A stretch of DNA of 64,000 nt from an uncultured Anaerolineales bacterium (GTDB lineage: Bacteria > Chloroflexota > Anaerolineae > CG2-30-64-16), in the NCBI GenBank assembly GCA_964551735.1, contig CAZKEF010000001.1, forward strand, positions 118,167 through 182,166, given 5' to 3'. Of this stretch, positions 1 through 7,619 are shown one piece after another. Made by a program: the position numbers and the translations under genes. Positions within the stretch are counted from its first letter, which is position 1. Every line of letters starts with the position of its first letter. The notes beneath the pieces were generated by a model. It made no database searches. It was not told the DNA's origin and saw nothing but the letters and a program-made list of their open reading frames with translations.

Positions 1-420
1 ATCCGGAGCCGCTGGCCACAGGTGCGGGTGATCGCGCTGACCAGCTTCGGCGATAAGGAACTGGTGCGCGAAGCGTTGGGGGCCGGCGCGCTGAGTTATT
101 TGCTGAAGAATGTCTCGGCCGAAGACCTGGCCGAGGCGATCCGGGCAGCGTGCAGCGGCCGCTCTACCCTGGCCGCCGAGGCGGTGCAAGCGCTGGTCCA
201 GTCCGCACAAGCTGAGCCCGTGGCCCAGGACGAACTCACCCCGCGCGAGCGGGAGGTGCTGGCCCTGATGGTGAAAGGCCTGACCAACCCCGAGATCGCC
301 GAACGCCTGGTAGTGAGCCGCGCCACGGCCAAAGCGCACGTCAGCAACGTGCTGGCGAAGCTGGGCGTCACCAATCGAGCAGAGGCGGTGGCTGTGGCGC
401 TCCAACGGAAGCTGGTGTGA
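1..420 (+). CDS. NarL/LuxR-family response regulator, C-terminal part (5' end lies outside the window)
   Basis: The frame is open to position 1. The end of a receiver domain (VIALTSF..GAGALSYLLKN) is followed by a LuxR HTH (LTPREREVLALMVKGLTNPEIAERLVVSRATAKAHVSNVLAKLGV). Close paralogue of 15704..16348. Confidence 0.9.
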   Translation: MRSRWPQVRVIALTSFGDKELVREALGAGALSYLLKNVSAEDLAEAIRAACSGRSTLAAEAVQALVQSAQAEPVAQDELTPREREVLALMVKGLTNPEIAERLVVSRATAKAHVSNVLAKLGVTNRAEAVAVALQRKLV

Positions 421-601
421 AATAGACCGTTCGCTGGCAGATTAGCCATCCGGCCAATACAGCTATCCCCCAAGCGCCGGATGCGCGCCAGAGCCCAGTC
501 CCTTATACTACCTATCAGAGCGCCAAGTTTACGTGAGTCGCCTGCGCAAGAGGGCGCGCCGGACTGGGCGCGGCTATCTCCCAGCGCTCGGGAGCCACAC
601 A

Positions 602-991
602 ATGGATATTCTGATTGCCGATGGTCACGACCGAGTGAGACATGCGTTGCGGGTGCTGTTGACACAGCAGCCAGGGCTGCAAGTCGTCGGCCAGGCAGCA
701 AACGGCCAGGAGTTGTTGGCCCAGGTCAGCCTTGTTACGGCCGATCTGATTCTGGTGGACTGGGATCTGCCAGGGCTGACTGAGGTAGGCGGGTTGCCGG
801 CCATCCGCCAGACCTGTCCCACCATGCAAATGATCGTTCTAAGCAGCCGGCCTGGTGTGCGTCGGGCCGCTCTGTCCTCCGGCGCTGATGCTTTTGTCAG
901 CAAGGGGGATCCGCCCGAACGCCTGTTAACTGTCATCCGTCGCTATAACACGCTGGTCACAGAAGGAGGCGCGTATGTTACCCCCGAGTGA
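602..991 (+). CDS. stand-alone CheY-like receiver-domain response regulator
   Basis: Receiver pattern MDILIADGHDRV...ADLILVDWDLPG...MIVLSS..ADAFVSKG with no output domain. ATG 602 is chosen because similarity starts at MDIL; the ORF-track start 533 only adds an Arg-rich extension. Confidence 0.75.
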   Translation: MDILIADGHDRVRHALRVLLTQQPGLQVVGQAANGQELLAQVSLVTADLILVDWDLPGLTEVGGLPAIRQTCPTMQMIVLSSRPGVRRAALSSGADAFVSKGDPPERLLTVIRRYNTLVTEGGAYVTPE

Positions 992-1205
992 ATATGAGTT
1001 GGTGAAACACTATAAGCTGAACAAACTACCGGCTGTCATCGCCAAGGCCGAAGAACATCGCCTGCTGGCAGAGGCCGGCTTGATCCGCCGGCCCTGGCTG
1101 AAGTGCCAGATCTGCCGGTCGCTGTGGCGCTTGGGGCGCATGCTGGTCCTGGCCGGGAAACGGCTGGAACAGCGCTACGCGCCGCTGGCGCTCAGGCCGG
1201 CGTGA
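975..1205 (+). CDS. hypothetical small protein (76 aa)
   Basis: GGAGG at 965..969, 5 nt before ATG 975. Overlaps the stop of the receiver gene (coupled). No family recognised. Confidence 0.45.
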   Translation: MLPPSEYELVKHYKLNKLPAVIAKAEEHRLLAEAGLIRRPWLKCQICRSLWRLGRMLVLAGKRLEQRYAPLALRPA

Positions 1206-1241
1206 GACCGCAAGAGAGGCCGTAAGAACGGGAACAACATC

Positions 1242-2270
1242 ATGTCAGACTTCGAAGCTTCGATCCCGATCCAACTTCCCTCCGGCTACGTCGCCCGCCC
1301 GGTCACGCTGGACGACGCGGCGGCTGCGGCCGGGCTGGAAAACGCGTACAACATCGCCATGACCGGCCGGCCCAGCATCGAGGCCGGTGAGATCCGCAGC
1401 GACTGGGGGCAGGCCAGCATGAACCTGGTGACCAACACCCTGGCCGTGTGGGCGCCGGACGGCGGGCTGGCCGGCCTGGCTGAGGTATGGGATAGCGAGC
1501 CGCACGTGCGGCACTACGTCTACGCAGTCACGCACCCTACTCATCTGGACCGGGGCATCGGCACGGCGCTGGCCGGCTGGGCCGAGGCGCGGGGCCGGCA
1601 ACTGCTGGCGGATGCGCCCCCCGATGCCCGCGTGATCCTGCGCCAGTTCAAGATGAGCGCGGACGAAGCCGCGGCCCGGCTGCTGCACGACCAGGGCTAC
1701 GCGGTCGTGCGCCACAACCTACGCATGGCGATCCAGTTTAACGGCGCGCCGCCCGCGCCCAACCCGCCAGCCGGGCTGATCATCCGGCCCTTCATGCGTG
1801 AGCAGGAGCTTCACGACCTGATTATGGCAATCCGCGAAGAATTCCACGACCATTGGGGGTATGTGGACACGCCGTTCGAGCAGGAGTACGAGGAGTGGCA
1901 GCACTTCATGGCAACCAGCCCATCCTATGATCCGGCCCTGGTGTTTGTTGCAGTGGACGGCGATGCGATCGCCGGCACCGCGATCTGCCAGGACTGCTGG
2001 GCCGAGGATTCTGATGCGGGCTGGATCTACGCCCTGGGGGTGCGCCGGCCGTGGCGCCGCCGCGGGGTGGCTCAGGCGCTGCTGCAGCAATGCTTCGCGG
2101 CGCTCTATGCCCGCGGCAAACATGCCGCTAAGCTGGGGGTGGACGCCGACAGCCTCACCGGCGCAACGCGGCTGTACGAGAAGGCGGGCATGCACCTGGA
2201 GCGCCAGTACAACGTCTACGAGAAGGAGCTGCGGCCCGGCCGCGACCTGAGCACCCAGGCATTGATGTGA
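1242..2270 (+). CDS. GNAT-family N-acetyltransferase with two tandem GNAT halves (MshD-like layout)
   Basis: Acetyl-CoA motif GVRRPWRRRGVAQALLQQCF...GATRLYEKAGM in the C-terminal half and DRGIGTALAGWAE in the N-terminal half. Paralogue of 40188..41219. Confidence 0.85.
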   Translation: MSDFEASIPIQLPSGYVARPVTLDDAAAAAGLENAYNIAMTGRPSIEAGEIRSDWGQASMNLVTNTLAVWAPDGGLAGLAEVWDSEPHVRHYVYAVTHPTHLDRGIGTALAGWAEARGRQLLADAPPDARVILRQFKMSADEAAARLLHDQGYAVVRHNLRMAIQFNGAPPAPNPPAGLIIRPFMREQELHDLIMAIREEFHDHWGYVDTPFEQEYEEWQHFMATSPSYDPALVFVAVDGDAIAGTAICQDCWAEDSDAGWIYALGVRRPWRRRGVAQALLQQCFAALYARGKHAAKLGVDADSLTGATRLYEKAGMHLERQYNVYEKELRPGRDLSTQALM

Positions 2271-3496
2271 ACAAACGTCCGCTCCTCAACGCGACCCTGC
2301 GTTGGTTCCTGCTGGCCATGATCCTGGCCAACGTCGCCAGCGAGATGTACTTCAGCCTGCTCTCGGTCTACCTAGCGCAGCTCGGTGCCAGCGTGGCACA
2401 GGTGGGCCTGGTTTTCTCCGTCGCCGCGATCGTCCCGCTGGTGCTGCAGATCCTCGGCGGCTGGCTGTCCGACTCCATCGGCCGGCTGCGCACCATCGCC
2501 ATCGGCGCCGCGGCGGCGTCGGTCGGCTACGTGCTGCTGCCGTTGGCGCCTTCGTGGCAGTGGGCCGTCCCCGCGCTGATGCTGGAATACATCTCAGGCT
2601 CGCTGGTTGGCCCCAGCTTCAGCGCGTTCATCGCGGAGCAGTCGACGGAGGAGGCGCGCGGCCGGGTGTTCGGGATCACCAAAGGGATCTTCCTCACCGT
2701 GGCTGTGATCGGCCCGGTCCTGGGCGGCTTCCTGGCGCAGCACAGCGGCTTCCGTCCCATGCTGATGATGGCCGCCGCCTTGTACATCGCCGCCACAGTC
2801 CTGCGCGTCTGGATGGCGACCGCAGCCCGGTTCAATGGTGGACACAAGGCCGAGCGACCGACCCTAAGCTCGCTACGCGGTAGCCTGCGCAGCATGTTTG
2901 CCATGCTGGCTGCAGGCGGGCTAGTGGCCTGGATCCTGCTCACCGACGGGGTGCGGGATGTCGCCTACAGTCTCTCCTTCGACCTGGAGCCGCTTTACAT
3001 GGCCCAGGTCGGCGGCCTGGCGCCCCAACCGATCGGCACGCTGAACTCGGTGCGCGGGATCGGCCTAGTCGCGGCAACCCTACTGGCGGGCTGGCTGTCC
3101 GACCACCTAGGCGAGCGTAAGGTCATCAGCGCCGGCTTCCTGCTCCAATGCCTGGGCCTGGCACTCTTCGTGCGGGCGGCGACGTTCGGCGCCTTCGCCG
3201 CAGCCGCGCTGGTCCAGGGCCTGGGCTTCGGCGCGATGATCCCCGCGTACGACTCACTGGTCTCCAAGGCGATCCCGGAGCGGATGCGCGGGATCGCGTT
3301 CGGCGTCTTTGGCACCAGCATCGGGCTGATCTCGCTCCCCGCGCCGTGGCTCGGTGCGCGGCTGTGGGAGCTGACCACCCCCCAGGCACCGTTTGTCGTG
3401 ACCTCCGTGGCCGTGCTGCTGTGCACCTTGCCGGCATGGCGTAAGTTCATGTTGCCGGCTGGAGCCGTTGGTGTCGGGGAGGCCGAAGCCGCCTAG
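2267..3496 (+). CDS. MFS transporter
   Basis: About 12 hydrophobic segments. MFS loop motifs GWLSDSIGRLRT and GWLSDHLGERKV. The GTG start overlaps the upstream stop. Confidence 0.85.
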   Translation: MNKRPLLNATLRWFLLAMILANVASEMYFSLLSVYLAQLGASVAQVGLVFSVAAIVPLVLQILGGWLSDSIGRLRTIAIGAAAASVGYVLLPLAPSWQWAVPALMLEYISGSLVGPSFSAFIAEQSTEEARGRVFGITKGIFLTVAVIGPVLGGFLAQHSGFRPMLMMAAALYIAATVLRVWMATAARFNGGHKAERPTLSSLRGSLRSMFAMLAAGGLVAWILLTDGVRDVAYSLSFDLEPLYMAQVGGLAPQPIGTLNSVRGIGLVAATLLAGWLSDHLGERKVISAGFLLQCLGLALFVRAATFGAFAAAALVQGLGFGAMIPAYDSLVSKAIPERMRGIAFGVFGTSIGLISLPAPWLGARLWELTTPQAPFVVTSVAVLLCTLPAWRKFMLPAGAVGVGEAEAA

Positions 3497-3660
3497 AAAG
3501 CATGCTGATCTTCCTGGGCGTCACGTTCCTGCTGGCGTTGGGCTGGGGCGCGACAATGCAGCGGACGGACAGTTGGTGGGGGTCGGTGCTGTTCCACGCC
3601 GGAACGGATATTTCCATTGTCGTGGGGATCTTCTCGAATCTGTCGTCAAGGAGTCCCATC

Positions 3661-4869
3661 ATGTCTGACATCAAGATCCGTCGCCTGGAAGGGGACGAGA
3701 TGATCGAGGCGATGTACAGCCTCAACGCATACGCGCTACACGCCTCGCCGCCGCTAACGAACAGGGAAGAATGGGAGGGGATTGTTCGTCCACGGCAGGG
3801 CGTTACCTACATGGCGTTGTTCGAGAACGCGCGCCCCGCGTCCGGCGTGGCCAGCACAGCCATGATCCAGAACGTGCGCGGGAAGCTGTTCGATGCGGGC
3901 GGTGTGTGGGGCGTGGCAACCGCGCCCGCCGCGCGGCGCAACGGCTACTGCCGCCAGACATTGGCCGCGGTGCTGGCATCCGCACATGCAGATGGGCAGG
4001 TCTTTTCGAACCTCTACCCGTTCCGCGAATCGTTTTACCAGCGGCTGGGCTACGTCACTTTCCCGCTGCCCCGCATTGCCAGGTTCGCGCCATCGGCCGT
4101 GACGCCGCTGCTGGGCCGCGACCTGGGCGGCCGCGTCGAGGTGGCCTTGATCGGCGCGGTCTACGACGCGTATCGCGCGTATCTGACCCGCATGCGGCCG
4201 CGCACGCATGGCATGGGCTTTTTTGTCCACCCCGATCACGCCAGCGCGGCCCGCAACCGCTTCTGGCTGGCGCAGGCGGTGGCCGGCGGGCAGACCGTCG
4301 GGCTGATGCTCTACGATCTCAAGGGCGAAGAGCCGACCAAGTTCTGCTTCCGCGCGCTGCGGTTCTACTACGACACCGCCCAGGGCCGCTACCTGCTGCT
4401 CCAGTGGATCGCGCGCCACGTGGACCAGGCCGACCGGGTCGAGCTGTGGCTGGCGGCGACCGAGCAACCGGAGACGTGGCTGGCCGACCTGGCGCTGAAA
4501 ACTGAATCGGAGATCCGCGCGCCGATGGGCCGTGTGCTCGACGTGGCGCGGCTCGGCGGGATGACGGTCGGGCCGGGCGGCTTCACTGCGCGTATCAGCG
4601 ATCCGATTTGCCCGTGGAACGAGGGGATTTGGCGGTTCGAATCAGCGAATGGCGAATCGGCGAAGAAGGAGTTGCGCGTAACACGAGGGGGCGCGAGTGA
4701 GGAGCCTGATTGCGCGTTGACCATCCAGGGGCTGACTGCGCTGGTCTACGGCACGCACGATCCGGGCGATTTCGCCTTCCGCGGCTGGGGCGATCCGGGA
4801 CCCGGTGTGCAGGCGGCGATGCGAGCGCTGTTCCCGCGGCTGGTTCCACATCTGCATGAACGGTTCTAA
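3661..4869 (+). CDS. Eis-like GNAT acetyltransferase (GNAT plus SCP2-like C-terminal domain)
   Basis: GNAT motif A VATAPAARRNGYCRQTLAAVL. About 400 aa with a C-terminal Phe (..HLHERF), as in the Eis family. ATG 3661 is preferred; the 3502..3660 extension resembles a CPBP fragment (see findings). Confidence 0.75.
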   Translation: MSDIKIRRLEGDEMIEAMYSLNAYALHASPPLTNREEWEGIVRPRQGVTYMALFENARPASGVASTAMIQNVRGKLFDAGGVWGVATAPAARRNGYCRQTLAAVLASAHADGQVFSNLYPFRESFYQRLGYVTFPLPRIARFAPSAVTPLLGRDLGGRVEVALIGAVYDAYRAYLTRMRPRTHGMGFFVHPDHASAARNRFWLAQAVAGGQTVGLMLYDLKGEEPTKFCFRALRFYYDTAQGRYLLLQWIARHVDQADRVELWLAATEQPETWLADLALKTESEIRAPMGRVLDVARLGGMTVGPGGFTARISDPICPWNEGIWRFESANGESAKKELRVTRGGASEEPDCALTIQGLTALVYGTHDPGDFAFRGWGDPGPGVQAAMRALFPRLVPHLHERF

Positions 4870-4919
4870 TGCTCAGAACGCAGGCTGATACCTCTGCGAC
4901 TTGTCAGGAGGATCTGCCC

Positions 4920-4948
4920 TTCACAGCGCCACACAAAGATGGTATAAT
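4920..4948 (+). promoter_or_regulatory. promoter TTCACA-17-TATAAT with extended TG (TGGTATAAT)
   Basis: -35 at 4920..4925 and -10 at 4943..4948, 36 nt upstream of ATG 4984. Confidence 0.5.
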
Positions 4949-4983
4949 CCCGCCATTCTCCGTCAAGAGGTGAGCGGCGACCC

Positions 4984-6156
4984 ATGCCATTGACCCTGCA
5001 GCCCGTGACCACGCGACGCGATCTGCGGCGCTTCGTGACTTTCCCCTGGCGCATCTACCGCGACGACCCCAATTGGGTGCCGCCGTTGATCGCCGCGCAG
5101 ATGGACAAGCTGACGCCGGGCCGCAATCCCTTTTGGGCGGACGCCGAGCGTCAGTTGTGGCTGGCGCTGGATGGCCGGCAGCCGGTGGGGACCATCGCGG
5201 CGATCGTGGATCACCACGCCAACCGGACCACGGGTGAAACCGCGGGCAGCTTCGGCTTCTTCGAGTGCGTGGATGACCCGGCGGTCGCCCGTGCGCTGCT
5301 CGACACAGCCGCGGGGTGGCTGGCCGGCCGCGGCATGACTGTGATGCGCGGGCCGTACAATCCCGGCCCCAACGACGAGTACGGGCTGCTGGTCGAAGGC
5401 CATGCCACCCGGCCGGCCCTGCTGGAAGGCCACACCCCGCCCTACTACGTCGCCCTGGTCGAGGCGGCCGGCTGCCACAAACACTGGGAGTCGGTGGCGT
5501 GGCTGGCGACCGTGCCCCCCGGCGCGCGCCGCGTGGAGGATATTTTGCCCGCCAAACTATTGCGGGCGACCGAATGGGCTGAGGCAAGCTCCCGGGCCTG
5601 CCTGCGGCCGATGAACCTGGCGCGCTGGGATGACGAAATCGGCCTGGCCTGCCGCATCTACAATGCCGCCCTGGCGCACCTGCCCAACCATGTCCCCGTG
5701 CCCGAGGCAGACTTCCGGCACTTGGCCGCTTCTTTCAAACCGTTGATAGACCCCGCACTGGCACTCCTGGCTGAGGTGGATGGCGAGCCGGCCGGTTTCG
5801 CGCTGACCCTGCCCGACGTCAACGAGGCGCTGCAGCACGCTAACGGCCGGCTGTGGCCGACCGGCGCGCTCAAGCTGTGGTGGCACGGCCGGCGTCTGCA
5901 CCGCGCGACTTTTAAGATTCTGATGGTCCGGCCGGAGTTCCGTGGGCGCGGGATCGAGATGCTGCTGATGGCCGAGACGGCGCGCGCCATCTTCGCCCGC
6001 GGCTTCCGCGAAGTGGACATGTCGCTGACCGGCGAAGACAACGAAGCCATGCAGCGCCTGATGGCCGGCCTCCACATGCAGGTGTACCGGCGCTATCGGA
6101 TTTACGAGCGGGAGGTGGGGAGGAAGGACGGACGACCGGCGACCGATGACGAATGA
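4984..6156 (+). CDS. GNAT-like acyltransferase family protein (about 390 aa, substrate unknown)
   Basis: Acetyl-CoA-binding-like segment ILMVRPEFRGRGIEMLLMAETARAIFARGF. GAGGTGA RBS. A sigma70-like promoter lies at 4920..4948. Confidence 0.7.
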   Translation: MPLTLQPVTTRRDLRRFVTFPWRIYRDDPNWVPPLIAAQMDKLTPGRNPFWADAERQLWLALDGRQPVGTIAAIVDHHANRTTGETAGSFGFFECVDDPAVARALLDTAAGWLAGRGMTVMRGPYNPGPNDEYGLLVEGHATRPALLEGHTPPYYVALVEAAGCHKHWESVAWLATVPPGARRVEDILPAKLLRATEWAEASSRACLRPMNLARWDDEIGLACRIYNAALAHLPNHVPVPEADFRHLAASFKPLIDPALALLAEVDGEPAGFALTLPDVNEALQHANGRLWPTGALKLWWHGRRLHRATFKILMVRPEFRGRGIEMLLMAETARAIFARGFREVDMSLTGEDNEAMQRLMAGLHMQVYRRYRIYEREVGRKDGRPATDDE

Positions 6157-6211
6157 CGAATGACGGACGACGCAGTACGCAACACGCAGTATGCACCACG
6201 CAACACGAGCA
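6138..6211 (+). repeat. heptad-periodic tract (about 10 units of nnnACGn)
   Basis: ACG (once ATG) recurs at 6149, 6156, 6163, 6170, 6177, 6184, 6191, 6198 and 6205, exactly 7 nt apart. The tract spans the stop of 4984..6156 and the leader of 6216..7619. Confidence 0.8.
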
Positions 6212-6215
6212 ACCC

Positions 6216-7619
6216 ATGACCACACCACCCTCCTCCACCCACCTGTCCCGCCGCACGAAGATCATCTTCGGACTGGGCGATTGGGGGCCGACCACGGTTG
6301 GCACGGCCTTCATGTTCTTCTTCGCCTTTTTCCTCACCGACGTGGCTCGGCTCCCGCCGGCCTATGCCTCGGTGGTGCTGCTCATCGGCGGGCTGTGGGA
6401 CGCGGTCAACGACCCGATCGTGGGCGTGCTGGCTGACCGGGTGCACACGCGCTGGGGCCGGCGCCGGCCATTCTTCCTCTTCGGCGCGGCGCCCTTCGCC
6501 CTCAGCGTGATCGCGCTATGGTGGGTGCCGCCGTGGGACGCGCCGTGGGCGATGATGCTCTATTACGCCGCGGCCTACCTGGTCTGGGACACCGCCTTTA
6601 CGCTTGTCAGCGTGCCCTATGCCGCGCTGACCCCTGAGCTGACGGAAGATTACGACGAGCGCACCCGGCTGAACGGCTATCGCATGGTGGTGAGCATGGC
6701 TGGCGGCCTGATTGCCGCGCTGGCCGTGCCGATCCTCGCCGGCCTCTTCACCCAGCCCAAGACCGGTTACCTGCTGGCCGCGGTCATCTTTGGCGTGTCA
6801 GGCGCATTGCCATACCTGCTGCTGTTTTTCGGGATTCGCGAGCGCTTCGTCTCTGCCCCGGCCGCTCGGCCCGCGGCCGGCCCGGCCCGGCCCGTTGCAG
6901 TGCTGCTGTCCATCTTCCGCAACCGGCCCTTTCGCTACGCGGCCGGCATCTACCTGACCTCGTGGGTAACGGTCAGCCTGGTGGCCGCGCTGTTTCAGTA
7001 TTTCCTCACCTATCCGATGCAGATGCCTGCCGATGTGGAGATCGTGCTCGGCCTGCTGCAGGCCTCCGCGCTGCTCTTCACTGCGGCTGCAGTCTGGCTC
7101 GGCACGCGGTGGGGCAAACAGCAAACCTATATCGCGGGCGTGATGTGGCTTTCCGCGATCGTGCTCTCGCTTACCTTCTTGCAGCCGGGGAGTCCGCCGC
7201 TTGTGTTTGTGCTGGCGCTGTTGGCCGGCTTCGGTGTGGCCGTTATTCAGGTGATCCCGTGGGCCATCGTGCCGGACGTGATCGAGGCGGATGAGCTGAT
7301 GACGGGCGTGCGCCGCGAGGGGACGTACTACGGGGTCCTCACCTTCGCTCAGAAGGGCGGCAACGCCCTGGCCCTGGCCCTGATGCAAGGAGTGCTGGCG
7401 GCCACCGGCTACGTGGCGGGCGCGGAGCAGCCGGCGGGCGCCCTGTTGGCGATCCGCCTGATGATCGGGCCGCTGCCGGCGGTGCTGCTGATCATCTCGG
7501 CGCTGCTGGCCTGGCGCTATCCGCTGACCCGCGCCCGTCACGCGGAGCTGCGCGTCCAGTTGGCCGAAAGACGAGGCAAGGCAGGGGAAGATGATTCACG
7601 TAGACCCCTGGCACAATAG
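6216..7619 (+). CDS. GPH/MFS-family cation:glycoside symporter-like transporter
   Basis: GPH-type N-terminal region FGLGDWG...LWDAVNDPIVGVLADRVHTRWGRRRPF and about 12 TM segments. ATG 6216 is preferred over 6153, which lies in a heptad-repeat tract. Confidence 0.8.
   Translation: MTTPPSSTHLSRRTKIIFGLGDWGPTTVGTAFMFFFAFFLTDVARLPPAYASVVLLIGGLWDAVNDPIVGVLADRVHTRWGRRRPFFLFGAAPFALSVIALWWVPPWDAPWAMMLYYAAAYLVWDTAFTLVSVPYAALTPELTEDYDERTRLNGYRMVVSMAGGLIAALAVPILAGLFTQPKTGYLLAAVIFGVSGALPYLLLFFGIRERFVSAPAARPAAGPARPVAVLLSIFRNRPFRYAAGIYLTSWVTVSLVAALFQYFLTYPMQMPADVEIVLGLLQASALLFTAAAVWLGTRWGKQQTYIAGVMWLSAIVLSLTFLQPGSPPLVFVLALLAGFGVAVIQVIPWAIVPDVIEADELMTGVRREGTYYGVLTFAQKGGNALALALMQGVLAATGYVAGAEQPAGALLAIRLMIGPLPAVLLIISALLAWRYPLTRARHAELRVQLAERRGKAGEDDSRRPLAQ

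Noticed and set aside
4634-4643. GGTTCGAATC, a tRNA T-arm-like motif
   Set aside because: It lies inside the Eis-like GNAT coding frame (..WRFESANG..). There is no acceptor or anticodon stem arrangement around it. I found no convincing tRNA, rRNA or tmRNA anywhere in the window.
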